Source of the DNA: Psammoneis japonica
Taxonomy: Eukaryota
Assembly (NCBI GenBank): GCA_008632985.1
Contig: QPGO01000007.1
Coordinates: 558,001 to 622,000 of the forward strand
Length of the DNA stretch: 64,000 bases
Direction of reading: 5' to 3'
In this document: positions 23,495 to 37,600 of the stretch, piece after piece
Layout of the letters: each line of letters starts with the position of its first letter
Position numbering within the stretch: position 1 is the stretch's first letter
Program-made: the position numbers and the translations under genes
The notes under the pieces: model-generated
What the model was told of the DNA's origin: nothing
The model's input: only the letters and a program-made list of their open reading frames with translations
The model's database searches: none

Positions 23495-25329
23495 CTAGCT
23501 TGATTCGGCCACTTGAGAATCATGGTTTCCCGATGATTCCTCAACGTGCGAATCATTCGTGCCTGAACTGTCTGCACAACCTTCGGGCTCGCTTGTCCTC
23601 GATTCCTTTTCACGTCTCTTTTTGATTGGGTGCCACAACATGTCTGTCTTTGCAAGCTTATTCTCAAGGGTACGCCATCGATCAGGGAACCTGCCCGTGA
23701 TGATCTCTGTAAGCTTCACCAAAAAGTTTGCTAAGAATATGAATCCAATCAGTATCAAAAACCCAAACCAAATCGAGTCCCGCCTCAATAGAACTTGATG
23801 TTCAAGATAAAAGTCGCCTAGTCCCACCGTCGTTGTAGTAATGTAACTTCACGAAAAGGCGGCAGAAGCGGGAGGCAGTGTGAGCAAGTTGCTTCGGCGG
23901 CATAGCCGGCTCATTCAAAGACGGCAGCGTACCTAAACCAATATGCATCTCGGAATTCAAAGTCTTCACCTAGTCGGGACGTTTTCCAGTCTAGGGTGAC
24001 TGCAGCTAACACGACCATCCAGCCGTAGTAAACAGCGCCCCAGAATAGGCAAGCGGCCCATGTTCTATGCAGCAAAGGAAAGTTTACACGGTCAACCCAA
24101 TCATCGAAAATAGCAGTGATAATATGTCCACTGCTGGATAGAACACAGGCGAATGTCAATATGCTCAAAAAACCAATTGTATACACCATGGCTCGACCTC
24201 CAGTGGTAGTTGGCGCCGTGTTGCCATAACCTAGTAGAGAAAGTGAATTCAGAAGCATTAGTTTCGTCCATCATGTGAGTAGCGATGAAATGCCTCTAGA
24301 GACACACTTACCAATAGTCGTCATGATGGTAAACCAAAACCACGCGCCAGCGTCCGGGTTTGCTTCACAGCTTTCAAAGCCTGTTGCCTCCTCCAACGAT
24401 CTCGCGTGCGCCAACTTAAGTGCTTTAACGTCGCTCATCCCATCGTCCAAAAACTCTTTTTGATATTTCTCAAGTAATTCTTTCTGCTGGCGTGTCCATG
24501 CAGCCACAGCAATTGCCTCCTGTTCTGTAGGTCTCAAAGACGTAATGTTTGTGTGCGGTGGTCTCAGATAGTTTCCCATCAGTCGGCTAAAGGAGTTGCC
24601 TTGTCCACGCTCACCAGTGCAACGAACCCAGCTGAACGACATGTCCTCTAGGTTACTCGCAGCGGTCGATATATCCAGTGTTAAGTTATCGGCCCTATTC
24701 CAAACCGCTTCTACGCATTTGTCAGTGAAAGCAATCAAGTCCGACATGGTTCGATTTTCAGAAAAGTATTCAAACTCGTCTGTTGGAGTAGTGGTGTTGC
24801 GCACATTCTGCACAAACAAGTCTTCCACCGCCTTATTCACCGCCTTATCAAAACTAGCCCCAGTCGTTTGATTTCGGGCTGCAATCACAAGACAAATGCT
24901 GGGAGTCTGAGTTGACACTCGTCGGTGAAACGAAGTCACAAAGGACAAGTACGCTCGTGAAGCAATAACGTCATTGTTTGCTTCAATTTCCGACGGAGCT
25001 TCTAATTCGGCGAGGAAAAATCCAAACATGAGCGAAATGGCAATCAAAAGCACAATCGGTCCCGCGACACCAAAGAAGAAAGCAAAGGTTCGAGGAAAGT
25101 TAGAAGGCATTCGTGCCAACCACTTGCAACCAATCCTTGACATGAAATTGTAGCAGCGACCGTGTTTAGCACTTGCTTGCTCCTCGTTGTCCTCTTTGTC
25201 TACGGTTTCCTCGACAGCCTCATCGACGATATGATTCGCCTCGTCAAATTTATCGTCGTCCGACTTATTGTTTCTAATGTTTTCCGTTTCCTCAGCCACC
25301 ATGCCGCCGCCGCCGTTCTGATTCATCAT
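23495..25329 (-). CDS. Two-pore-domain (K2P/TPK-like) potassium channel, copy 1; exons 25329-24312, 24230-23933, 23846-23495
   Basis: Splicing two GT-AG introns (81 and 86 bp) restores pore loops WFTIMTTIGYGN and WFSYITTTTVGLGD. Confidence 0.92.
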
Positions 25330-26429
25330 TTTCAATTTTCTCGTGCAAAGCAAAATCTACGAGCTACTGTACATAGGGCCTACCGGTATAAAAAATGCGG
25401 GAACAGAAGCCAAGCAAGAGTGAAATGATCATATTTGATCATTAAGATTATTTATGATAGACCGTTTTCTGGCGGTTTTTGGTTGCTTCGGTTGAGTCGT
25501 GCATGGGGCGACCGATGATGGACTGACGCGGTGTCTCCGGAGCTCGCTCTACGGCCGGCACAAGCTGGCTGCTCTGCGCCGAACTACCGGTAACTTCGCA
25601 CTTGCGAGCACACTTGCACATTCTTCAACCTGCCACCTGCGCAAGCAAGGAAAGAGAGCATCAAAGAAACACTCTGCAACATTGTTGTGCCACACACGCA
25701 AAGAACCTCTCTCTGTGTGTGGTGTGGCGCTGGCACAGCATGTCGAGAGATCATCGCCTGGCCCCAGCAGCTGAGCCCCCACCTTGTTGTGATGTGGGTC
25801 GTTGCTGGAAGCAGTGCCCAGACCAAGGGAAATGCAAGAGACACTGATGCATTGAAGACAAGACATTGTGGATCCTGACATGGTGGACTTGGTGACTTTT
25901 TATGAGTGAAATGTCATCATCACTGATTTCACCTGCGTTTCAGCAGTTTTTGTCTCTTTCTTTGCAGCAAAGATTCATCTTGTGTTCACACATTTGCACT
26001 GTGGCACCACCAGGTGCCTGTTGCATTGCAAGTTTGAAATTTGTGTTGAGAACTGCCAGGCAACCTGCAGCCACCACAAAGCAACCAGGGAGAAAGTGCA
26101 GCGAGAGCAACACAGAAAGCCTTGCGGCGTTCCCTTTTGGTGATGTTGACTTGCCAATTGACGCTCACTGCACCAAAGAGTTGCTGGAACTGCATTTGGT
26201 GATGCTTGCAGATGCCAACCTCCAGCCACACAATCACCAAACATTGGAGCACTGCATTGTGAGCAGCAGAGGAGAAGGCAGATCAAGTGGTGTCGTGGAG
26301 GGCAAGGTCACAACTGGGGCAGCAGAGATTGCAAAGGTTGCAAGTCTTCCTGCAACAAGAGCAAGAAGACTGACTGGAAAAAGAGCTTTTAGCCTGAAAA
26401 AGACATCAAGGAAAAGATTGTCCATTGCA

Positions 26430-27620
26430 TGCAGAAGAAATGTGGCCAAGGCATTCATCTGGTGAGATCTCCAGAAGAAATGAAATGCAAGGATTGTGTC
26501 TCCAAAGAAAGGCCTGCATTGGGCACACCCAAGACACCAGCACCAACTGACACATTGGACAGAGATTGCCAAGCCAAGTTGGGCCAAAGATTGTGAGGGA
26601 AAAAAGGAGCCTGGGTGCAAGCACAAGGCACCAAGCCATGTGACTGCAACAAGAAAGTGAGGAAGCTCAAAGAAAACAAGACTGCTGTGTTTGCCACTGT
26701 CTCAGATGATTGCTGTGCCAAGCCAGTGAAGAAGAGAGTGCAGGCTGATCCCAGTTTCCAAAGTGACTGTTGGGGATCAGCCCCTTGTGCTTGACTCCAT
26801 GAGAGGTTGACATCTGTTCCATGCACTCACCAAGTGTCACTGAAGCACATGTTCTGGAAGTGAAGCAGCAAGAAAGTGAGTGCCAAAGTGTTTGCCACTG
26901 TCTCAGATGATTGCTGCGCCAAGCCAGCAAAGAAGAGAGTGCAGGCTGATCCCAGTTTCCAAAGTGACTGTTGGGGATCCAGCCCCTTGTGCTTGACTCC
27001 ATGAGAGGTTGACATCTGTTCCATGCACTCACCAAGTGTCACTGAAGCACATGTTCTGGAAGTGAAGCAGCAAGAAAATGAGTGCCAAATGACTGCCTGT
27101 CAAAATTTTGGGAGTCAGCAAGATGCAGCAAGTGATGGTCCAGGAAGCAGGATGCCAGACGGATTCATTCAGAACACCAAGGAGTGCAAGAACTGTGCTT
27201 CTGCAATGGACAGAGATGTGCCAAAGAAAGCAGCACTCAAGACATGGACTGTGCGTCTGTTCACAGAGAACAGCAGTGACTGTTTCTGCAAGAGCACAAA
27301 GAAGAGCTTTGTGAGAGATTGCAGCCTGGGTGAGGATGTGCACCCAAGGACCCCAAAGAGGAAAGCAACGGATGTGTTGCTGAATCATCCAAAGGACAGT
27401 GGCCCTTGCAAGCAACACAGCAAGAGGAACAGTGAGGGTTTGAACAACAAGAACAACAATGATGAAAGGTGCAAAGACAAGTCCAACAATCAGAAGGACC
27501 AGAGTTGCACCCAGAAAGGCAACCAAGATGACACAGTGGTGTGTCACTGCTGTGTTGAGCAAAACCAAAAGTCCCCAGACTGCAGACACAATCACAGGGA
27601 ATGGTGATTGCAACTTGCCA
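26430..27620 (+). mobile_element. Degenerate Copia (CoDi-like) gag fragment
   Basis: NKKVRKLKENKTAVFA resembles the gag at ~39850-39910 (NKVKKFKENKTAAFA). Also DCSLGEDVHPRT..ATDVLLNH and a decayed zinc knuckle CHCCVEQNQKSPDC. Confidence 0.7.
26687..27089 (+). repeat. Tandem duplication, 2 x ~201 bp, within the gag relic
   Basis: ttgccactgtctcagatgattgctg...gagtgccaaa occurs at 26691 and again at 26892. Confidence 0.9.
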
Positions 27621-28559
27621 AACCTGGGCCTCTCATTGCCACAATGTCTTTTTGCTCTTTTGGGGGGGAATGGCGGGACAAGGTGGACAGATCAATCTTG
27701 GTCTTTGCCAGTCGCGCATTGTGTGCTGGCCTCTGGCTTGCTGCACAGTGCTGGGAGCAGGGCCATTGTCAAGGATGATCTCATCTGACTCAATGCCCAC
27801 ATTTGCTTTGCTCACACTTTCAGAGACTGTCTTTGTCCAGAGTTGCAACCTGTGGTGCCATGCAGCTCTGTCCTTGCTCCAGCTGGAATGGCTTGGTTGG
27901 TTGGATCTGGCAGTGTTGACAGCTGCTCATGCCGCTGTTGCTGTCCACCGACTGACTGTCATCATCTCTTGTTTGTTGTGCGCGACTCTGTCCCCAGTGT
28001 CTGGCTTTGTTCCAGTGTTCCTGTGCCACTTCTTGGGTGGAATGTCATGGCTGAAAGGGCGCCAATGACAACAACCAGGCATGCTGTGGTCGTCACCCTT
28101 GGTGCTGGATGGCAAGGAGGACAGTCTGGAGAAGGTTGTTCCAGGCAAGCGATTCTCCACCCGGTGTCCCACCAATCATGGAATGGCAGCATTCAAGACA
28201 ATGAGAGGAACGTGCTTGTCTGGCCTTTCGTGTTGTTGTTGTTCCCTGTCATGTCAGAACATCCAAAAGACTGCCACCAGCAGAGTGGACGAGACTGTGG
28301 CACTCTCCCCTGCTGTCATTGAGAGCAGGCCCTCAGTCCCATGTGGTCCATCCTTCATCCTACATTGCCTCTCTCATTGCTCCACTCCTTGTCTTTGATT
28401 TGCTTGCACAGTTGGTGCGCAGCCAATCTGTCCACTGCAGTGTCAACAATGGAAGTTTCATGTCAATCCCCCACAAGAAGAGACACCAAGGCCAGTGGTG
28501 ATGAAGCGTCAAATCCCGCAGAGGGAAACCGACAAAACGGCACCAAGGAGAATGGCTAG

Positions 28560-28830
28560 AAATGCAAGTGCCCCAATGTCAGCGGACATGGGCAGCAATG
28601 GAGACTTAGATTTAATTGCTGGGATGAGCAGCAACCTAGATGTAGAAGTCCCAAGGCATTTTGAGAATGTTGGAACAAAGCAGGCCCCATCCTTCACACA
28701 CCGTTTCGGAGTGGACAATCCAATTCCTGACTTTGTCCTCTCTCCTCCTGTGATTGGCATCACCAAGGTGACCTCAGGAGATGTCGATGACGATGGTGAC
28801 ATCAATGTAATCACCAGCACAAGCAATTGC
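28560..28830 (+). pseudogene. FG-GAP/VCBS-repeat gene fragment
   Basis: ADMGSNGDLDLIAG...RHFENVGTKQAPSF...GDVDDDGDINVI. Confidence 0.6.
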
Positions 28831-30879
28831 CTCCTCTTGGAGATGCCAGTTCCCCTAATTTTGCATTTACAGATTGTGATTGTGATCCCTTGTGGGATCC
28901 TCTTTTGGCAACATTGACATGCCGGTGCAACAGACATGCCTTTGCAGGCTGCAAAAACCACCAGAGGGTGAACAAATGCTCCTGCAGCATCTCAAGTGTT
29001 CAGAGAAATGACTGTTCACCCACTGGCCATTTTTTGTTTTGTGTGTGATGTGCATGAAAGTCTCTAATTTTGCCAGCACACCACCATTGTGTGCACATTG
29101 TCTGTTGTGTGGCAAGAGGGAGCAGCCCCCCTCAAGGCTTGAGATGTCACGACTCTTTTGTGCACTCCTCCTTCTCTAGAAACCATTGCAAAGCACATTG
29201 AACAGATGAAAGTGGAATGAATCTGTGCAGAAACAGCTGCCTTTGAGGCACTTTCCTTGGGCGTCCAGAAGATCCTTTGTTGGCAAACCAACAGGCAAGG
29301 CAAAGCTGGCCCTCAACTCCAGCAACATCTGTGAGGACAATCCATGGACAAGGGACAAGCAGACCAAAGACAGGGTGCAATCTCTGCTGCCTCTGACCAT
29401 GGGGGCTGCAGCAGTGCATCCACTGTTGCTTTTGGTCAAGAACACTGCAGGCTGCAGATGGGCCAAAAAAGACATGTCTCTGTGAAAGCGGTGACACATT
29501 GATGGGCAGCGGCAGGGCAGATGCCAAGTTCATCATGGGACCCTGCAAATGCAGAGGGACATGCACCTCAGAAATGTTGTAATTTTGATTTTTTGATTTT
29601 TGCTTGATGAAAGATGCATGACCACAGATGCTGTTGCATCCGACAGAGAGTGCACAGTTGTTGTGCAGTTCAATCCTCTGCTCCACTCACTTGTCACACT
29701 CTGCAAGAAGACTGTTTGGTCCTGTGGAAGGCCACAATGTCATCAAAAAGGAAGGCTGTCTCCCCAGAAAGCTGTGGAAATGTGGTGTGTGAAGAAGCAC
29801 TGAAGAGCAAGACTTGAAGATGCACTTCACCAAGCATCCACATGGGTGCCATTTGTGCTGTCACTGCTTTGGAGAAATGCATGCACAGCAACTTTGTGAA
29901 GGGCCCATTTGTCTCAGCTGTGACAGCTGTGCTGACCACCACAAGTGTGTCACTTGCTGAGACATGCCAGCTTGAGAAAATGCTCCAAGATGGAGAATCC
30001 GATGGGTCAAGAGCAGTTGCATCACAAAGCAGAGAGTCTGGCACTGGAGTTGTGCAGCAAGAGTTGTCATGCTTGCATTTTGACATTGAAGGCTTTGAAG
30101 TTCTTGCTGATTTGTTGTGTCTTCCTTTGTGTGAACAAAAGAATGCAGTGGTTTTTGAAGTTGCAACAGGGGGGATGGAGTTGCCACTGGTGCACACGGA
30201 TGGTTGATCTTTGCAAACTTGTGAGCAGCTGAGTTGGGATGCTTTTCTGAGGGTGTGAAGACCAGTTTTTGTTTGCTTGCTTTGTTGCTTCATGCTTCAT
30301 GCTTTCTTGGTTCAGCCTGAAGTGGAATGCCAAGATCTGGCTCTCCATTGGAACTGCTCAACAGACAAGCTACAAGGATTTGCCAACAATGACAAAAGTC
30401 TCTTGAATGATTTTGTGGACCACCTGATGACAGACTCAAGAAAGCAAAATGGTGGAAAAGTGACAGATGCAACAAAGGGAAATTGCAACAAGGCATTTGT
30501 CTGTGCAGAGCTCATCAGAAATGTTGCAAGCAATGAACCAACGCCTTTCCAAAGGACTTCAGTAGAAGTCCTTTCCAAGTCATTGTCAAGAGCGCCAAGA
30601 GTTCACACTTCCATGATTGGGGGATCTCTCCCTCTCAAGAAGTTCCGTTTGATGCAAGGACATTGCTGAGGCAGATGATGAATTTGTGCGCCAACTTGAC
30701 ATTCAGAAAGGGGGTCAGTTGGGGATCAGTTTGGACAATCTTGACACAAAAGGCTTGTTGCAGATGGGTGCGCTGCCACACATCATTTCACAACCCAGCA
30801 GGTGACAGTGAACAAGGAGGAAGAAGCAAAGGAGATTGCAGCTGGACCATCTCACAAATGAGACAGTTGGGAATCAACA

Positions 30880-31561
30880 AGATCGTTCGTTGTCCTACCA
30901 CCTTCTGATCGAGGAGGGTGATTCGGCTTTGATGACAGATGCAATCGAAATTGTGAAGCCGACAATTCTCCCACAGACAACGTGGTAGCCTTAGACGACA
31001 GCGTTGAAGACAATCTGGGATTTCTTTTGAAACGAGGGGATCTTCGTTTGTTTGTCGGATCTACTCTGGTTGCTGTCGGGACGCTGCTTGGGAGTGTTGA
31101 CGCGCGTGCCTGTGAGGAACAGACGGAGCAGCCATTCCCCTGGAAAGCCAATCCCATTAACAAGCGTTTCGGAACAACCGTGAAAGATGCCGAAACCAAA
31201 GCTGGATGCATCAAGGCCTTTGTAACCTATCTCGCCCGCTTCCTCTTGACTTTTGACTCAAGTTGTCAAAGCTGGTGGTTTCGAACAACGTTTCCAACCG
31301 ACAGCGATGCAAAAACCATTGAAAAGATGTGAATTGACCAGTTTGCCTCCTTTGCTGCATCTAACCAACATGTTGGAAAGGACTGGTCCTTCTTCATTTT
31401 TTGCGGGGTTGCCTCTGCGCATGCTATTCTATTCACTCGTTGGAAGCCTTACCTTTGGTGTGTATTATAGTGTGAGGTTCGCCTTGGGCATTGGTCCGGA
31501 CGATCTTAAGCTTTACCTGGACGTCCTCGGAGGAGCACTTCAGAACGCTGGACAATCATGA
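30880..31561 (+). pseudogene. Truncated duplicate of the carrier gene (5' end lost, ~1.75-kb internal deletion, CGA->TGA stop)
   Basis: 30884-31361 matches ~20968-21442 and joins directly (tgctgcatc|taaccaacatg) to sequence matching 23194-23393. TGA at ~31330. Confidence 0.92.
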
Positions 31562-31664
31562 CAAGAATAATAGACCAGAAAACGATAAATGACGCCTACT
31601 GTCAATGCTTAAGTAGCGTGATTTTGCATTTATTTCCGAAATGATCGGGCTGTTCATGTTCCAT

Positions 31665-33502
31665 CTAGCTTGATTCGGCCACTTGAGAATCATGGTCTCC
31701 CGATGCTTCGTCTACGTGCGAATCATTCGTGTGTGAACTATCTGCGCAACTTTCGGGCTCGCTTGTCATCGATTCCTTTTCACGTCTCTTTTTGATTGGG
31801 TGCCACAACATGTCTGTCTTTGCAAGCTTATTCTCAAGGGTACGCCATCGATCAGGGAACCTGCTCGTTATGATCTCTGTAAGCTTCACCAAAAAGTTTG
31901 CTAAGAATATGAATCCAATCAGTATCAAAAGTCCAAACCAGATCGAGTCTCGTCTCAACAGGACTTGGTGTTCAAGATAGAAATCGCCTAGTCCTACCGT
32001 CGTTGTAGTAATGTAACTTCACGAAGAGGTGGCGGAAGGGTGGAAGGCAGTGTGAGCAAGTTGCTTCGGCGGCATAGCCGGCTCATTCGAAAACGGTAGC
32101 ATACCTAAACCAATACGCATCTCGGTATTCAAAGTCTTCACCTAGACGGGACGTTTTCCAGTCTTTGGTGACAGCGGCTAACACGGCCATCCAGCCGTAG
32201 TACACAGCACCCCAGAATAGGCAAGCGGCCCATGTTCTGTGCAGCAATGGAAAGTTTACACGGTCAACCCAATCATCAAAAATTGCAGAGACGATATGTC
32301 CACTGCTGGATAGAACACAGGCGAATGTCAATATGCTGAAAAAGCCAATTGTGTACACCATGGCTCGACCTCCAGTCGTAGATGGCGCCGTGTTACCATA
32401 ACCTAGAAAAAGACAAGTGAGAACTCTAGTTTCGTCCATCGTGTGAAATAGTGGCGATGAAACGCTTGTAGACACACTTACCAATAGTTGTCATGATGGT
32501 AAACCAAAACCACGCGCCAGCGTCCGGGTTTGCTTCACAGCTTTCAAAGCCTGTTGCCTCCTCCAACGATCTCGCGTGAGCCAAGGAAAGTGCTTTAACT
32601 TCGCTCATCCCATCGTCCAAAAACTCTTTTTGATATTTCTCAAATAATTCTTTCTGCTGGCGTGTCCATGCAACCACAGCAATAGCCTCCTGTTCCCTAG
32701 GTCTCAAGGACGTGAAGTTTGTGTGCGGTGGTCTCAAATAGTTTCCCATGACTCGACTAAAGGTGTTGCCTTTCCCACGATCACCCGTGCAACGAACCCA
32801 GCTGAACGACATGTCCTCTAGGTTACTCGCGGCGGTCGATATATCTTGTGTTAAGTTATCCGCCCTGACCCAAGCCGCTTCTCCACATGTTTCAGTGAAA
32901 GCAATCAAGTCCGCCATGGTTCGATTTTCTGAAAAGTAATCAAGCTGGTCTGTGGGAGTAGAGTTGCGCACATTCTGCATATACAAGTCTTCCACCGCCT
33001 TATTCACCGCCTTATCAAACCTAGTCCCAGTCGTTTGATTTCGGGCTGCGATTTCGAGACAAATGCTAGGAATCCTAGTTGACACACGTCGGTGAAACGA
33101 AGTTACAAAGGCCAAGTACGCTCGTGAAGCAATTACGTCATTGTTTGCTTCAATTTCTGACGGAGCTTCTAACTCAGCGAGGAAAAATCCAAAAAGGAGC
33201 GCAATGGCAATCAAAAGCACAATAGGTCCCGCGACACCAAACAAGAGAGCAAAGGATCGAGGAAAGTTGGAAGGCACTCGTGCCAACCACTCGCAACCAA
33301 TCCTTGTCATGAACTTGTAGCAGCGGCCATAATCAGCCTTTGCTTGCGGCTGCTGCTCCTCTTCGTCCTCTTTGTCTACGGTTTCCTTGACAGCCTCATC
33401 GATTGCATGATTAACTTCATCGAAGTTGTCGTCGTCCGACACATTGTTGTTTCTAATTTCTTCGGTGTCAGCCACCATGCTGCCGCCGTTCTGATTTGTC
33501 AT
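31665..33502 (-). CDS. Two-pore-domain potassium channel, copy 2; exons 33502-32482, 32402-32105, 32016-31665
   Basis: Same intron positions and pore motifs as copy 1, and open frames. Confidence 0.92.
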
Positions 33503-34188
33503 TTTGCCAAGGGATCAAAATCTGAACAGTTTGTTTTATGACAGCGAAAAAGAAGCAACGGCTAACGGCCTTCTATCTGACTTCAGATCACTATTTATGT
33601 GCTGAATGATGGACCGTTTTATAGCGGTTATATTTTCTCCGAGGTTGAGTCGTGCTGGGAATTAACCACGACCGACCGATGGTGGACTGACGTGTGTCTC
33701 ATGCAGAATTAGTCATCTTCTTTGCACTTTACACTGAGCACAGTGCGACCATTAATGCGACCATGAGGCTAAGTTAGTTGCTTCGCGGCGCTCATGCACC
33801 TTCTTCTCAATGACATGCCACCTGTGCAAGTTCAAAAGTAAAGCAAGAGAGCATCAAAGAAAGACCATTCTGCAACATTGCTGCAAGATGATCACCGCAG
33901 CAGCGGCGGCGGTGCTGGTGAAGTTTCTTGTTTCCTTTGCAGTGCGGTGTCTCTGTGCATTTTTTCACAGTGCACACATGACTGTGTGCAGCTCAGCAGA
34001 GAGAGCATGCATTGCTGGTGCAGACCTTGTTTTCCATTTTGTGAAGCAACCAAAAGCTTGGTCTGTGGCTGCTCCTTGCTGCTCCTCGATTTCTTTTTTC
34101 TTGCTTGCCACTTCACTGCAAACAACCACACACAGCAGCTCTTTTTTGCTCTGTGTGCACACATGTTGCTAAAGAACTGGCAAGTCAA

Positions 34189-34615
34189 TGTCTCCAAAAG
34201 GGAATTTCATGTGAGGTCTCCTCAGCAACTTGCTGCACTTGCCTTGGCAGTCTGGAAACTATGTTGGCTGTGGTTTGCCCAGGCATCAACGTAAATGCAA
34301 CAATCACCAACACAACAGGCATCCTCGACACTGCCCAACAATCATGTGAACCAAAAAATGATTCACTCCAAAGAGTGAGAATAAAGACACATGCAGGGAA
34401 TGTGATGATGGTTGTGATCTCCTCATCAAAGAATGCTGTCACACCAACAGCCGCCCCTGCTGCCAGTGCAAATGTCCTTCACTTCAAATGATCCGGGTGA
34501 TGCACAGTGACATCTGGGTCACTCATCCCCCTGCTGCCAGTGCAGATGTCCTTCACTTCAAATGATCCGGGTGATGCACAGTGACATCTGGGTCACTCAT
34601 CTTCACATTCCAACA
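34189..34615 (-). repeat. 3' LTR containing a 74-bp internal tandem duplication (34457/34531)
   Basis: Aligns by eye with 40431-40766. Confidence 0.8.
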
Positions 34616-37600
34616 CACTCCTGCTGCTCACATTGATGTTTGCTCATCATGCCAGTTGTTGCAGCCCATTGGGTGCATTGGCAGCCTTCATGCTTGCATC
34701 TTTTAATCCTGAACAATGGCGCATGTGGACATGTTGCCCATCATTGGAGAAGTTGATCACATCATTGAATGAAACAGTGATCCCCAAAACTGTCTCCACA
34801 CAGCATGCAAGACATGTTCATTGCACCTTTGCCAACAGTGCATTTGCACAGAGACCAGCTGACTGTTCCCCAATCCACTCAAGGCTTGCTTCTGGAGCCA
34901 GTTCAAATTGCTCCATCCTGTGGTGCAAGTCCATGTCAGCTTCATCTCATGACAGAAGAATGTTGCTAACTTCCATCCAATTCACACAATGCCATCACTG
35001 TCCCATGAAAGCCCATGTTGGCTCATCACTTCTTTTTGATCATCTCTGTTAAATTTCACAAGGGGACCAAAAATCCTGGACAGGTCCATGCCATGTGGTG
35101 CAGGACATCCGGTCCACATTTGATCACTCAAACTCTCAACATGATCTGCTCTGTCCAGGGTCAATTTCACATCATTGCCCTGGATCCAATGATGCGCTTG
35201 TCCTTGATTGAGTCGTCATTCTCATTTTGTTCCTCACAGTGGGAACAACAACCACACTCTTGCACGAACACTTGGCTGCCAATCACTTGCCAGCCTCTTT
35301 AGCCCTGTGTGATTCCCGCGTGTGCTTGTTGACTTCTCTCACTGCATCCACATTGTCATGCATGGAAAACATCAGTGCGGCAGTGGTCACATGCGCTGGA
35401 ACATGTCTCAGGAGTCCAGTCCTTGATGCACTCACCAACATGCAGCACAATTTTCTGTCTTTTGTTCCATGGGACATGCCATTTTGTTGCTGGGGTCAGC
35501 ATCTTGGTGTGCACAAGCACCCTCCTTCCCCCTGCACATCTTCTTCATCCAGGGCCAGTTGGTGCAGATCTGGTGCATCATGGTGGAGGTGTGGACTGGT
35601 GGACAAACTCTTCTTTCCTGCCAACAACCATCATTGTGGCTCACTGTGTGTGTCATTGAATGCTGCATCTTGACTCTTTCTCAAAAGACACCTTCCTTGT
35701 CCAATGGATGCAATGGTCCATCCATTGATTGCAGTCTTCCTTCTGCCACAAGGGTCTTGAACTTGCAGCAATGGTTCACACTGCCTTTTTGAGATCCTTG
35801 TAGACTCTCATCCTGACCAAACAATCCTTGGGCCATTGTTGCATTGCCGCATCATTGAATGCATCACTTGCATCATCAAACATGTTGTTGATGTCAGCAC
35901 TGACCTCTTCCATGGTCCATGCAACTTCTTTGGAGAACAAATCACCACAAATGCAAATTGTGTTTTCTCAGTGCTGAGACATCACCAGCCTCTTGTTTTT
36001 CACAGGGATCTTTCACCCCCACACACATCAGAATTCTTGTCTGACATCACAAATTGCCCGCGCATTGTTTGTGCTCACCTTCTTCTCTTTTGCAACCCAC
36101 AAAACAACTTGCTTGAAATTGCCAAACTTCTTGCCCTTCAACAGCTCAGTCATGAAGTCCCCCAACATGTTGTCTGTTGGACAGTGCTCCGCTCTTAAGT
36201 TGCCTTTCTCAATCTGGTCTGTTGCAAAAAATGTCAGATGTTGAGCACCCTGGACTGTTTTCCTGCACTTTTGCATCATCCATCAGTCTCCAGTGGAACA
36301 GAGCTCTTGTTGTTCCAATGTGGGACATTTGTGTTGACACTGTGTGTCCTTGGTGTTCCATGAAAAATTTGGTCCATGAAATCATTGGCACCAACCAGCT
36401 TGGCCACAGTGCTGCTTTGGGTGTTTGGCTTCTGGCACTTGGACATGGCTTGTGCTGCACCATTGGCCATGAGGTCATCTTGCCTCCAGCGTGGCTCTTG
36501 AAATCCAGGTGTGCCACAAATGATGCGTCCATGCACCACTTGATGACATGGTGGAGGAGGTCTTTTGTGCTTGTTGCGGCAACTTCCTTGTTTCTCGTCT
36601 GATTCAAACTCTTGATGCAATGGACTGACTTTCTCCAATCCTTGTCAGCAGGTTCTCCAACTCTTGAGCATGATGCTGCAATTGCAGGGTGTGCATGTCC
36701 ATGTGGCCTCTCTTGGATGGGAACAGTCCTTTGGCCACCCATGTGTGGAATGCCTGTGCATTGTTGTTGGCCTGTGATCCAGGGAGCTGCCTGATGCAAA
36801 CAGGTTCTCTTCTGCTGGTGCTGCAGCAGTGTGGTGGGTGCTCTTGATCTTGACCTTCTCTGGGAGCTGGTTGACCATCTTGTGCATGCAGTGTGTCATG
36901 TCAACCTTCACCTTGTCTTTCCTGCTAAAATCTGGGGTCATCCCCAGGCAGTTGCGCTTCTTTCTTCTGGCTCCCATGCATCTTGTTGAGCCAACTTGGG
37001 AATTTGTCATTGACCTTGGGTTTCTTGTAGCTCAAAAGCAGATCGTCCACATAAAATTGGATGGTGTGCTGTCTGCCATTTGCTGTGCAATTGGCAATGC
37101 ACAGATTGCATGGGTTGAACTTCAACCCAATGTTCTCCAAGTCTTTGTGGAATTGTTTGCACCACAGCTGGGCTGCTGCCAGCATCCCATGTGTTGCTCC
37201 AATGACTTGGACACAGAGGACTTTTTCCCTGTTTCCATGACCTTGTGTGATCTGCACAGGTTTGGATTGATGCTCACTGACATGTTGACCAACACTCTTG
37301 CAATCTCCATCATGATCTGGTCTTCTCCCTCCTGAGGTTCCAGCATCTGTGTCTGGATGAACGCATTTGGAGCATCTGCACCCACAATGTGATGCCCTTC
37401 TTTGGTGTTGACAATGGCCACCATCACAATTCCTTCAAGTGATGCCATTGGACTGGCTGACTTGTCTTTGTCTGGCTGTTCTCTGGTTGGCTTCCCTTTG
37501 CAAACCATTTGTCCTTTCATGTGACCATCTTGCTTCTCAGTTGGGAACATCAGGGCAACCATGGTGCCCTCTCCCTTTCTGTTGAAGTCATTTCTTTGGC

